Of a stretch of 64,000 nt of DNA, positions 42,231-52,128 are shown one piece after another. Each line of letters begins with the position of its first letter. Position 1 is the first letter of the stretch. Source of the DNA: a virus (taxonomy: Duplodnaviria > Caudoviricetes); the IMG/VR virus record IMGVR_UViG_3300035703_002708, one strand, 5' to 3'. The notes under the pieces are model-generated. The model was not told the DNA's origin. It ran no database searches and worked only from the letters and a program-made list of their open reading frames with translations. The translations under genes and the position numbers were made by a program.

Positions 42231-43058
42231 ATGGAATGGTTCATTAAGAAAAACGCAACATTACCAGTTGTAAAAGTTAAACTATCACAAAATGGTAGAA
42301 GTGACTACATGAAAACTATGTCAAAACTTGGTGATTCAGTTGTGTATTTTTCTATGACCGATTCTGAAACAGGAATACCAAAAATTTCATCAACACCTGC
42401 AGTTGTTGAAACTGGACTCACAGATAGTGGAGAAATAGAATACTATACTTATTATCAGTTCAAAAAAAATCAAACAAAAAAAGTAGGGAGATTTTCTGCG
42501 GAGTTCATGGTGGCAAATACTGACGGAGTATTATTTTTACCTATAACAGAAAAAATTTATGTTAACATCATAGAAAGTTTTGCTATTGATGATGTTACAT
42601 TCACATCAAATTACGAAATAGAATTTCCATGTTGTAGTGATACCGTCGGTAGTCTCCAAACTAATAGTTTATCTCTTTATTCTTCTTACAGTCCGGGTTC
42701 AATTATTTGTGAATATACCGCAACAACACAATATTATGCAAATGAACCTCTGACAATAAATTTCACAAATGTTTTAGGAACCTTAATAGGAGAACCAATT
42801 ATTATAACCTCAGCAATCACTATAAATCAAGGTGAAAAGATTGGAACCATAACAGTAAATTTAGTTGAAGATTACAACAATCTTGACACAACATCAATAT
42901 TCTCTGCTGTAACAGTAAATTCATCAAACCCCATAAATTTCAAATATGAGATAAATTCTACCGAAGAATTTGCACCAAAACCAACACCAACTCCAATACC
43001 CGTATATACAGAGGGATTTAGTGGTATTGGTCTTGAATATCTGAATGATTTACTATAG
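42231..43058 (+). CDS. BppU-like baseplate/fibre attachment protein, paralog of the N-terminus of 36101..39913
   Basis: MEWFIKKNATLP / YFSMTDSETG / KVGRFSAEF / LPITEKIYVNI align with the first ~230 aa of the 1270-aa ORF. Confidence 0.7.
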   Translation: MEWFIKKNATLPVVKVKLSQNGRSDYMKTMSKLGDSVVYFSMTDSETGIPKISSTPAVVETGLTDSGEIEYYTYYQFKKNQTKKVGRFSAEFMVANTDGVLFLPITEKIYVNIIESFAIDDVTFTSNYEIEFPCCSDTVGSLQTNSLSLYSSYSPGSIICEYTATTQYYANEPLTINFTNVLGTLIGEPIIITSAITINQGEKIGTITVNLVEDYNNLDTTSIFSAVTVNSSNPINFKYEINSTEEFAPKPTPTPIPVYTEGFSGIGLEYLNDLL

Positions 43059-43061
43059 TTG

Positions 43062-43850
43062 ATGACAAAAAAATTAATACCTTATATGTCATACTGGTCA
43101 AAAGGGTATCAAGGAAATCCTTCAGACTTTGTTTTAAACTTACATAAGTTATGTTTTTATTTCCTAAAAAAAAATTTTGGAGAAGTTCACTTTATTACCG
43201 ATAGTGAAAGTTTTGATTATTTCAATTTTTTGCCTTGGACTTCAATTTCCAAAGATTTGGATGACTTAAATAGTGAATACAAAAATGTTTGGAGTATAAG
43301 TAAGTTATTTGTTTATCAAATTATTTCACAAAAAGGACATCCTTTTTTTCACGTTGATTATGATGTATTATTACCTGAAGGTTTAGAAGAACAAATTTTG
43401 AAATCGGATTTGTTTGCTCAATGTACCGAACATAATTCAATTCATCACTATAGGATAAATGATTTTTTGAAAAATTGTCCAAACCCATATGAAATAAAGA
43501 ATTTACAAGTGCAAGATGCGATTAACGTAGGTGTTTTAGGTGGTAATGATGTTGAGTTCATTAACAAGTATGCAACAAAGGCACTTCAAATGGTTTTCGA
43601 CCCCTTGAATAAAAATTATTGGTTAAATTATGATGATAGTACAAGTTGGTTAAAGGCGGTAACCGCAGAGCAATATTACTTGTCGGTTTTAGTAAAAAAA
43701 TATAAAAAAAATATAGAATATATTTTTCCTAATGGATGGCCAACCGAACAAGAGGCAAAAGAAAAAAAATTCATACATTTGATGGGAATTAAGGAAAATA
43801 GACAAATATATCCTATCATTGAACAATTAACGAAAAAATATATTGTGTGA
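43062..43850 (+). CDS. DUF6734-like protein, putative GT-A fold enzyme
   Basis: MSYWSK...FGEVHFITDS...WSISKLFVY...PFFHVDYDVLL (DxD)...AINVGVLGGND...AEQYYL. Confidence 0.5.
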   Translation: MTKKLIPYMSYWSKGYQGNPSDFVLNLHKLCFYFLKKNFGEVHFITDSESFDYFNFLPWTSISKDLDDLNSEYKNVWSISKLFVYQIISQKGHPFFHVDYDVLLPEGLEEQILKSDLFAQCTEHNSIHHYRINDFLKNCPNPYEIKNLQVQDAINVGVLGGNDVEFINKYATKALQMVFDPLNKNYWLNYDDSTSWLKAVTAEQYYLSVLVKKYKKNIEYIFPNGWPTEQEAKEKKFIHLMGIKENRQIYPIIEQLTKKYIV

Positions 43851-43949
43851 GTTTTATAAATTTGACTTAACCTCTCTCAATATTTATCATTACACACATT
43901 AAGGTAAATGTCGACCTTGTTCGGCAGCAAATAAACCAAAATATATAAT

Positions 43950-46739
43950 ATGTTATCACAAGAAGAGATTAAATCCTTTTTAGAAGGAAATGACCCCGAG
44001 CAATATATTGTAGCAGTAGAATTTGATTATGCATCAGACTCAATATTCAAAATCAAAGAAGACCCAATTAAAGGTAAAACAATTCAAAAAGAAAGTTTTA
44101 CCCCTTTCGCATGGGTTGGTGACTTAAAAGACCAAAACTTCTACAAATCCTCCAAAGCATTACAAAAAGAAGCGATGTCAAAATATGGTATCGTTATCGA
44201 GAAATTGGAAACAAAAGGTAATGAAAGGTTAGAACGAGGATTAAAATATATGGTAAAATCCTTAAAGGGTTACCGCTCATTAATCAGTTTTTTCAGAGAT
44301 GGTGGATTAGACCCTTGGGGAGAAAAAACAAAAGACCTCATATTAATTTTGCCACCCGTAGAACAATTTCTCATATCAAAAGAAAAAAGATTGTTCAAAG
44401 GGTTTGAAGAATATAACGATATTACAAGGTTTGTATTCGACTTGGAGACGACCTCTTTGGAACCTAAAGACGGTCGTATCTTTATGATTGGAATCAAAAC
44501 AAATAAAGGATTCCAACAAGTTATCGAATGTGCAACTCCCGAACAAGAAAGAGAAGGGTTAATATCTTTTTTCAAATTAATCGATGCATTAAAACCCTCA
44601 ATTATCGGTGGATATAACTCATTTAACTTCGACTGGTTTTGGATATTTGAAAGATGTAAAGTACTAAACATCGACGTAAAGAAAACTTGTAAAACCCTGA
44701 ACCCCAACTATAACATTTCCCAAAAAGAGAACTTACTAAAATTGGCAAACGAAGTTGAGAAGTATAACCAAATTGGAATGTGGGGTTATAATATTATTGA
44801 TATATTACACTCCGTAAGAAGAGCTCAAGCGATTAACTCAAACATCAAGTCGGCAGGACTTAAATACATTACCCAATATATCGATGCTGAAGCTGAAGAC
44901 CGAGTATATATTGACCACGATAAGATTGGTCCTATGTATGCGAAAAAAGAAGAGTTTTGGCTAAACATTAAAAATGGTAAATATAAAAGAGCCGACAATC
45001 CCGCATTTGAAAACTTGGACACCCGTTTTCCTGGTACATACATTAAAGTCACAGGTGATGAATTGGTAGAAAGATATCTTGACGACGACTTGGAAGAAAC
45101 CCTTTTGGTGGACGAAGAGTTCAATCAAGGAACATTCTTACTTGCATCAATGGTACCAACAACATACGAAAGGGTATCGACGATGGGGACAGCAACTTTA
45201 TGGAAAATGTTGATGTTGGCTTGGTCTTATAAATACAAATTAGCGGTTCCTGAAAAACAATCAAAACAGGACTTCGTTGGTGGACTATCTCGTCTATTGA
45301 GAGTTGGTTATTCAAAAGATGTTCTCAAACTCGACTTTTCATCTCTATACCCATCGATACAACTTGTTCACGATGTATTTCCTGAGTGTGATGTATTACA
45401 AGGAATGAAAGCGATGTTAAAGTATTTCAGAGATACTCGTATCTTGTATAAGAACTTAGCCGGTGAATATGAAAAAACCGATAAAAAAAAGTCATTATCT
45501 TACGACCGAAAACAATTACCTATTAAGATTTTTATCAACTCGATGTTCGGTGCCCTTTCAGCACCACAGGTGTTTCATTGGGGGGATATGTATATGGGAG
45601 AACAAATCACTTGTACAGGAAGACAATATCTTCGTATGATGATTAAGTTCTTTATGAAACGAGGTTATATGCCACTTGTAATGGATACAGACGGTGTTAA
45701 CTTCTCAAAACCTGAGGGGTGTGACGATAGAATTTATATCGGTAAAGGAAACAATTGGAAAGTTAAAAAGGGTAAGGAGTATAAAGGTGCTGACGCTGAT
45801 GTTGCTGAATTTAACGATATGTTTATGAAAGGTGAAATGGCGTTAGATACAGACGGAACTTGGCCTTCGTGTATTAATTTGGCAAGAAAAAACTACGCCT
45901 TGATGACAGACAAGGGTAAAATAAAACTTACAGGAAACACCATCAAGTCAAAGAAACTACCCCTATATATTGAGGACTTTTTGGATAAGGGAATTAAAAT
46001 GTTATTGGAGGGTAAAGGACAAGAGTTTGTTGAATGGTATTACGAATATATACAACAGATATTTGACCAACAGATTCCACTTATGAAAATTGCTCAAAGG
46101 GCTAAGGTAAAACTATCTTTGAGTGACTACGAAAAAAGATGTAATGAAAAAACAAAGGCGGGAAATGCTATGTCAAGGATGGCACATATGGAACTCGCAA
46201 TCAAAAATAAAATCAAGGTAAATCTTGGTGATGTTATCTATTACGTTAACAACGGTGTGAAGGCTTCTCACGGAGATGTTCAAAAGGTAAACAAACCAAA
46301 AAAGGGTTGGACACAAGAGGACTTGGATAATCTGATGGAGAGTTACAGTAAAACTCAATTGGAAATGTTGGATTCATATGTTAAACTTAATTGTTATATG
46401 TTAGACCAACAGGAGTTAGAAAACAACCCCGATTTGAAAGGAGAATATAACGTCCCAAGAGCAATCAGTGTATTTAACAAACGAATCGAACCATTACTTG
46501 TCGTTTTTAAACAAGAAGTTAGAGAAGGTCTTTTGATTACTGACCCTGAAAATCGTGGGTTATTTACAAAAGAGCAGTGTGATTTGGTTAATGGTATTCC
46601 ATTTGAACCTGAAGACCAAGATTCATTAGAGGAAGTTCTGACGATTTCTGAACCCGAAGTTAAGTATTGGGAAAAAAGAGGACTCGAACCCAACTACATG
46701 TATGAGTTAGCCGAACAGGGGTGGGAAGAATTTATTTAA
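43950..46739 (+). CDS. polB: DNA polymerase family B with 3'-5' exonuclease
   Basis: Exo motifs FDLETT, YNSFNFD and YLDDDLEET; polymerase motifs DFSSLYPSI, KIFINSMFG and MDTDG. No intein seen. Confidence 0.97.
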   Translation: MLSQEEIKSFLEGNDPEQYIVAVEFDYASDSIFKIKEDPIKGKTIQKESFTPFAWVGDLKDQNFYKSSKALQKEAMSKYGIVIEKLETKGNERLERGLKYMVKSLKGYRSLISFFRDGGLDPWGEKTKDLILILPPVEQFLISKEKRLFKGFEEYNDITRFVFDLETTSLEPKDGRIFMIGIKTNKGFQQVIECATPEQEREGLISFFKLIDALKPSIIGGYNSFNFDWFWIFERCKVLNIDVKKTCKTLNPNYNISQKENLLKLANEVEKYNQIGMWGYNIIDILHSVRRAQAINSNIKSAGLKYITQYIDAEAEDRVYIDHDKIGPMYAKKEEFWLNIKNGKYKRADNPAFENLDTRFPGTYIKVTGDELVERYLDDDLEETLLVDEEFNQGTFLLASMVPTTYERVSTMGTATLWKMLMLAWSYKYKLAVPEKQSKQDFVGGLSRLLRVGYSKDVLKLDFSSLYPSIQLVHDVFPECDVLQGMKAMLKYFRDTRILYKNLAGEYEKTDKKKSLSYDRKQLPIKIFINSMFGALSAPQVFHWGDMYMGEQITCTGRQYLRMMIKFFMKRGYMPLVMDTDGVNFSKPEGCDDRIYIGKGNNWKVKKGKEYKGADADVAEFNDMFMKGEMALDTDGTWPSCINLARKNYALMTDKGKIKLTGNTIKSKKLPLYIEDFLDKGIKMLLEGKGQEFVEWYYEYIQQIFDQQIPLMKIAQRAKVKLSLSDYEKRCNEKTKAGNAMSRMAHMELAIKNKIKVNLGDVIYYVNNGVKASHGDVQKVNKPKKGWTQEDLDNLMESYSKTQLEMLDSYVKLNCYMLDQQELENNPDLKGEYNVPRAISVFNKRIEPLLVVFKQEVREGLLITDPENRGLFTKEQCDLVNGIPFEPEDQDSLEEVLTISEPEVKYWEKRGLEPNYMYELAEQGWEEFI

Positions 46740-47071
46740 GATAACTTCAACCCATCACTTGATGTGATGTACCAATGACCTTGTGCGAAGTAAAACTCAA
46801 CACAAGATTCAGAATTGATTGATAATTCGTCGTACTTTTCATCAAACAAACCAATGTCGGGAATTATAAGTGTGTTAGTCAAAGATTTTACCCTAACATG
46901 GTCTGTTGCCATATGACTTAACTTTAATTTACAAAAGGGAACATCTTTTACTATTATCAAACCCTCACCATTTGAGGTATATTCAGGTTCGGATACAATT
47001 ACAATTTCTGATGATTTTATAATTCTACCACCAATAACTTTTTCAGATGGAATTGAACGAATAATTGCCAT
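46736..47071 (-). CDS. Hypothetical protein (111 aa), probably structural
   Basis: ATG 1 nt after the neck gene stop; beta-rich; stop overlaps the polB stop in TTAA. Confidence 0.7.
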   Translation of the reverse strand: MAIIRSIPSEKVIGGRIIKSSEIVIVSEPEYTSNGEGLIIVKDVPFCKLKLSHMATDHVRVKSLTNTLIIPDIGLFDEKYDELSINSESCVEFYFAQGHWYITSSDGLKLS

Positions 47072-47072
47072 A

Positions 47073-48197
47073 TTATATTACATATATTTGTCTTGGAAAT
47101 GCTCTAAACTTCATTTGTTTGTTTAGATTTTCAGCGATTAATGCTTCTCTTTCCATTACTTTTTCAGGTTTCAATCTGGTTAATCTACCTTCGGCACCAA
47201 TTAACTCCTCAATCAACTTTGTTTTTTCGTCTTTTGCCTCAGTAGCCAAAGATGTGTAATCCATAGTTAATTCAGAATCAGGTGTTTTAAGATTACCACT
47301 ATATTTACCTCTCACTCTTGATAAGGTTTCTTTTACATAAGCAACAAACCATCTTCTTATCCATTGTTTTGCAGGATTGTTTAAGTCAACCCAATTTAAC
47401 TCATCAAACGGAACATCTGATGGTAATTTTATAATGTCAGGATTGTCTTTTAAACATGAATCTCTATCAGCACCTTCTGTGTCGTAATACCAATACCATA
47501 CCTGACCCCTCATTAAAGTGGCATTACCAAAGTCAAATTTACCACCTGGTGTTTGCATTAAATGTACCGCTTTTTTTCCATCCGGTAACGCGGTCACACG
47601 ATAAGTCAAATCTCCTGCTATAATTCTTCTTTGAATATTGACCTCTTGCATACGAAGTAACATATCAAACGCCGGCATCATAAAATATGAACCAACTGTA
47701 TTACCCATCTGAGCGAAACCACCAGGTCCGCCCAAACCACCTGAACCAATACCTCCGAAAGACCAAGGGTCAAAAAAGATGTTGTTAAGTGTAGATGGGG
47801 TAAACCAAAGTAATTCGTTTATTTCTCTACCTGCTGGTATTTCATAAATCTGTTTACCCATTTCAAGTTGGATAAAATCTTTTTTCAATACCCAATCTCC
47901 ACTATTTTGTAAACCAACAATTTTAGAGTAAGCGTATGAATATCTAGTTTCCCAATCCAAACTTTTAGTTATAAATGCTCTAGATAAGGATTGTGTGTCC
48001 AAGTTAAGATTATATAAAGAAGTCCATTGTGATTCAATTAACCAGTCTTGAACATACTGTGCATAATCTTGTATGGAAAACTCCAATAAAGTATCCATTT
48101 GTTCATCTACTATTTCAATAGAACGAAGTGGAGCACCTAACAAGTGTTTTACTTGGGTGTATAATTTACTTCTATCAGGTTCGGGTATGACAGCCAT
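47073..48197 (-). CDS. Neck / head-tail adaptor protein (T4 gp13-like)
   Basis: LLGAP...IEI.DEQMD...(S)IQDY N-terminal signature and KQWIRRWFVAYVKETLSRVRGKY C-terminal helix. Confidence 0.8.
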   Translation of the reverse strand: MAVIPEPDRSKLYTQVKHLLGAPLRSIEIVDEQMDTLLEFSIQDYAQYVQDWLIESQWTSLYNLNLDTQSLSRAFITKSLDWETRYSYAYSKIVGLQNSGDWVLKKDFIQLEMGKQIYEIPAGREINELLWFTPSTLNNIFFDPWSFGGIGSGGLGGPGGFAQMGNTVGSYFMMPAFDMLLRMQEVNIQRRIIAGDLTYRVTALPDGKKAVHLMQTPGGKFDFGNATLMRGQVWYWYYDTEGADRDSCLKDNPDIIKLPSDVPFDELNWVDLNNPAKQWIRRWFVAYVKETLSRVRGKYSGNLKTPDSELTMDYTSLATEAKDEKTKLIEELIGAEGRLTRLKPEKVMEREALIAENLNKQMKFRAFPRQIYVI

Positions 48198-48223
48198 AGC
48201 GATTGTTTATTAATAAATATCAA

Positions 48224-49762
48224 TTAACCCACCTTTTTTATCAGGGAGTCATTAGGAAATGTATAATTGCCACCGACTATTTTGGTATCAGAATTTTTAA
48301 AAATTAACATCTCACCATTTTTATTGGTAAAAATAATCCAATCCGTTTTGTATGGCTTGACATTTGCGGTACCATAGATTTCATATTTATCATCTGATTT
48401 ATCATAACCAGTAAAAGGTTTGATTTGTGCGGTATGTTTTTTTTCATTGATAACAATCTCGGCATCTATTCCACCCATCATATCATCAGTACTACCAAGT
48501 TTACCTACCTTCAAAACATTTTCATCACCAAACACTTTCTTTAATAAGACTATTGATTGATTTTCGGTTTTCTCACCAAACATACTTGTTCTACTTAAAT
48601 TCGAAATTAGATTTTGAAATGTTTTGGACTTTGTCGAAAAAATTCTGAATTTGAATTGGTCCATAATATGAACCATTCTTCTAACTTCTTCTACTTGTTT
48701 TTTTGGTGATTGACCTATTAATTGTAATGTTGGTTTATTTTGAGACCTTAACAATTTGTTGATATCATTAACCAAAATACAAAAACCGCTATAGTTTGTA
48801 TTAAGATAGTTTATAACTGACCTACCTTCTGATTCTAAATTATAGATACCAGATTGCTCTCCTTCTGTGTATTCATTTTCTTCGTAATACCTGTCAGAAA
48901 AAACATCTTTTAGTATTGATTGAACACCTTTTTTGTAAATTTGTTTTACTGTAGGATTGGTGTTAAAAATAAACCTATAGGCTTCTTTATCCTGTCTTGA
49001 ACACGACTCACTAACACCTTCAGATATTATTCTTTTTGTGTTAACTGACTCATCAAGTTTCGTTTTGACTTTCATGGTGTACATTTTATTTACGAATTTC
49101 CAATTAATTGCTTTGAAAAAGTTTCTGACGTAATCGTCTCTTTTATTTTTGTATCGTAAATAATATGCGTGTTCCCACAAATCAAGACCCAATAACGGAT
49201 ATCCACCATTTCTAACGATGTTCATAAGTGGATTATCTTGGTTTGGTGTAGTCATAATCTTCAAACTACCAGACTTGGTTAATACCAACCAAATCCATCC
49301 TGACCCGAAATTCTTTTTTGCCTTTTCGGTAAATTCTTGTTTGAACCCTAAAAAATTATGGAAGTCCTTTTTAATTCTGTCGTAAATCTGACCACCACAT
49401 TTCTGTTCCGTCGGAGATAACATTTTCCAAAATAAGGCATGATTAAAAGCACCACCAGCGTTATTTCTAATTGTTTTGTTATACTTACCAATTGATTTAA
49501 TTATTTCCTCTAACTCAACATCACCGTAATCTTTTTTACTTAATGCGTCATTTAATTTGTCTACATAAGTTTTGTAATGTCCGTTGTAATGGTAAGACAT
49601 CGTCTCAGGGTCAATAAATTGTTTTAAAGCAGAATAGGAATATGGTAGTTTCTCAATTCCTATTTTTTTCATTTCGTTTATAAACAATTTTTCATTTTCC
49701 TTTGTGTCTATTTCTTTTATTTGATTGGCTATTTGTTCTACTTTCTCTTGAAGTTTTTTCAT
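48224..49762 (-). CDS. sodA: Fe/Mn superoxide dismutase (Mn-type signatures) fused to a C-terminal domain of unknown function
   Basis: LPYSYSALKQFI, HYNGHYKTY, NNAGGAFNHALFW, FGSGWIWL, TPNQDNP and LGLDLWEHAYY cover all four metal ligands. About 270 extra C-terminal residues. Confidence 0.9.
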   Translation of the reverse strand: MKKLQEKVEQIANQIKEIDTKENEKLFINEMKKIGIEKLPYSYSALKQFIDPETMSYHYNGHYKTYVDKLNDALSKKDYGDVELEEIIKSIGKYNKTIRNNAGGAFNHALFWKMLSPTEQKCGGQIYDRIKKDFHNFLGFKQEFTEKAKKNFGSGWIWLVLTKSGSLKIMTTPNQDNPLMNIVRNGGYPLLGLDLWEHAYYLRYKNKRDDYVRNFFKAINWKFVNKMYTMKVKTKLDESVNTKRIISEGVSESCSRQDKEAYRFIFNTNPTVKQIYKKGVQSILKDVFSDRYYEENEYTEGEQSGIYNLESEGRSVINYLNTNYSGFCILVNDINKLLRSQNKPTLQLIGQSPKKQVEEVRRMVHIMDQFKFRIFSTKSKTFQNLISNLSRTSMFGEKTENQSIVLLKKVFGDENVLKVGKLGSTDDMMGGIDAEIVINEKKHTAQIKPFTGYDKSDDKYEIYGTANVKPYKTDWIIFTNKNGEMLIFKNSDTKIVGGNYTFPNDSLIKKVG

Positions 49763-49807
49763 TATAAAATTATATGTTCGTTATCATAAATATCCTTTGA
49801 ATTTGAA

Positions 49808-51562
49808 TTATTCGTGATTATTGATTGAATTGAGTATTAGTTCGGCTACACTACCCTTGTCTAAGTTGTCTCCCATTACAGTTTCAAATATCCCTTTTTT
49901 CCTAATTAAGATGTCATATATCGCACCTTCTATTGTATTTTCAAATAGGGGATAATAAACCAAAACACTATTTTTTTGACCATATCTATAAGCCCTATCC
50001 TCAGCCTGTGAGTGGTCAGATGGAACAAATGATAAATCATTAAATATTACAACCTCAGCGGATGTAAGTGTGATACCAACACCTGCCGCTTTTATGTTTC
50101 CACAAAAAACTTTAACCTTGTCGTTATCTTGAAAATCATCCACAGCCTTTTGTCTCGCGGGTTTAGTGGTGGAACCATCCAAATAGACCGACATCTTCCC
50201 GAAGTGTTCGTGAATCCGTTTGAGTGGCTCAGTAAAGTTTGAAAAAATAATAACTTTCTTACCTTGTTCTAAAATGTTTTCAGCAATTTCTATAGTCTGA
50301 GAAACCTTTTCTTCAGCAATCACCTGTCTTACTTTCATCAGTTTTGAAAATTGAATTGTAAGTGAGGATGATTCCTCTCTATTGTTTCTAAACCAATCAA
50401 AATACTCACCCATCAGATTTTCATACTCCCGTGATTTTAATCTCAAATAAACAGGATTTATAATCTTTTCAGGTAAATCTAACACATCTGTTTTTAATCT
50501 ACGAAGTATTTGTTTTGAGGTTCTCTCACGAAGTTCATCCAAATTAGACGCTCCGTTTACGTTCCACACTTTTCTTTGACCTGCTCTAAACTGATAACCC
50601 TCACAAAAACGAATTACATACGCCATCCAATTTTGAGCCACAGGGGACTCAACCAAAGATAATAAATTATAATAATCAATAGGACGAGATGTAATTGGTG
50701 TTCCAGTCAATAACCACAATCTATTAACATTTTTAACAAAATGATTTATAAGTTTTGTTCTTTGTGCCTGAGAATTTTTAATGTAATGGGCCTCGTCAAT
50801 TATAATCAAATCAAACTTAGCATTTAATATCTGTGAGTTTTCTTTGTCTTTAATGTCGTGAAAGTTTTTGATGATATCGTAATTTATAATAACAAAATCG
50901 TGGTCTGATGAGAAATTCTTACCTTCACATATATAAATTGATTGGTCGGTATAGTTCTCGATTTCTCTTGCCCAATTTATTTTAAGCGATGCGGGACAAA
51001 TAATTAATACCTTTTTCGCTCCTGACTCTAACGCTGCGATAATAGTTGAGGTTGTTTTACCCAAACCCATATCATCTGCTAATATAAATCTTTTACTTCC
51101 CGCCAATTTCTCAATCGCTTCTTTTTGATGCGAAAGAGGTGGTCTATGACTATACTTTGAGTAATCAATATCAACTTTTTCTACGGTGTGTGTTTTAATC
51201 AGAGCTCCTTTGGGGACCCAAAAGTCACTTAAATGTTCTGACTCGAAAAACTTACCCCAAATATGATAAGATTTTTCTTTTTCTACTAATAGTTTTTCTA
51301 CATAGATTTTATCAGGAACCTCACGAAACAATTTTTCATCCGCAAATTTTCTTGCAAAATATGGGTCCAAATCAACCCACTTTTTGGCAACCTTTGGTTT
51401 TTCGTTATGGTATGTAATTATATAATCAGATTGTGTTCTTGTTGGAAAGAACTTTTTATTAACCAAATGTTGTTGCTTTAATCTCAATATAAAATTATTA
51501 CCGCCCTCGTAAGAAGATAAAATATCAATCGCCTTTTGTTCTATTGAGATTAGGTTTTCCAA
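49808..51562 (-). CDS. SNF2-family (SMARCAL1/HARP-like) helicase
   Basis: ILADDMGLGKT, IIDEAHYIK, LLTGTP, AAGVGITLT and QAEDRAYRYGQ. TTG at 51562 is a more plausible start than the track's 51610. Confidence 0.92.
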   Translation of the reverse strand: MENLISIEQKAIDILSSYEGGNNFILRLKQQHLVNKKFFPTRTQSDYIITYHNEKPKVAKKWVDLDPYFARKFADEKLFREVPDKIYVEKLLVEKEKSYHIWGKFFESEHLSDFWVPKGALIKTHTVEKVDIDYSKYSHRPPLSHQKEAIEKLAGSKRFILADDMGLGKTTSTIIAALESGAKKVLIICPASLKINWAREIENYTDQSIYICEGKNFSSDHDFVIINYDIIKNFHDIKDKENSQILNAKFDLIIIDEAHYIKNSQAQRTKLINHFVKNVNRLWLLTGTPITSRPIDYYNLLSLVESPVAQNWMAYVIRFCEGYQFRAGQRKVWNVNGASNLDELRERTSKQILRRLKTDVLDLPEKIINPVYLRLKSREYENLMGEYFDWFRNNREESSSLTIQFSKLMKVRQVIAEEKVSQTIEIAENILEQGKKVIIFSNFTEPLKRIHEHFGKMSVYLDGSTTKPARQKAVDDFQDNDKVKVFCGNIKAAGVGITLTSAEVVIFNDLSFVPSDHSQAEDRAYRYGQKNSVLVYYPLFENTIEGAIYDILIRKKGIFETVMGDNLDKGSVAELILNSINNHE

Positions 51563-51614
51563 AAAAATAGTTTTATAACTAAAAATAAGAAATGAGTAAA
51601 TATTTATCAATATT

Positions 51615-52127
51615 ATGGCTAAGAAAGTCCCAATTACAAGATTAGGTAAATTTTTTGGAGCCGAAGACTACGATTTGGACATCGATATGGGTTCAGAGTG
51701 GTTGGAGGGGGATATGAATTTTACTTTGGTATTATATCGTGTCAACAGACTCAAAACAAAAAAAGACGATGTCTATGGCGAAACTCTTAAAGACGGTGTG
51801 CAGTTTGACCCACCTGTAGAGTTTAAGGGTTATGTCCAAGTTGCAGCCCCAACGACCAAGGCTTATGGTAATTCAAAAATAGAACAAACCGAACCTGGTA
51901 ATTTAAAAGTATCTGTTTATACAAAACATCTACAAGAGTTAGGTGTTGATATTGCATTTGGTGATTATATCGGATATTATGAATCAGAAACAAGAGTTAG
52001 ATATTATTCCGTAATAGATGATGGTCGTGTTGTTTCAGATAACAAACATACATATGGTGGATACAAACCCTTTTACAGAACAATAACTGCTGCTCCTGTA
52101 ACGGATAACGAATTTAGAGGATTATAA
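51615..52127 (+). CDS. Neck / head-closure protein (gp14-like)
   Basis: LYRV...T..DDVYGE...F.PPVE.KG pattern, GD(Y)IGY, and position before the tail terminator and sheath. Confidence 0.6.
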   Translation: MAKKVPITRLGKFFGAEDYDLDIDMGSEWLEGDMNFTLVLYRVNRLKTKKDDVYGETLKDGVQFDPPVEFKGYVQVAAPTTKAYGNSKIEQTEPGNLKVSVYTKHLQELGVDIAFGDYIGYYESETRVRYYSVIDDGRVVSDNKHTYGGYKPFYRTITAAPVTDNEFRGL

Positions 52128-52128
52128 G

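Noticed and set aside
43950-46739. Intein or intron in DNA polymerase B
   Set aside because: Motifs are contiguous, with no splice-junction or homing-endonuclease signature.
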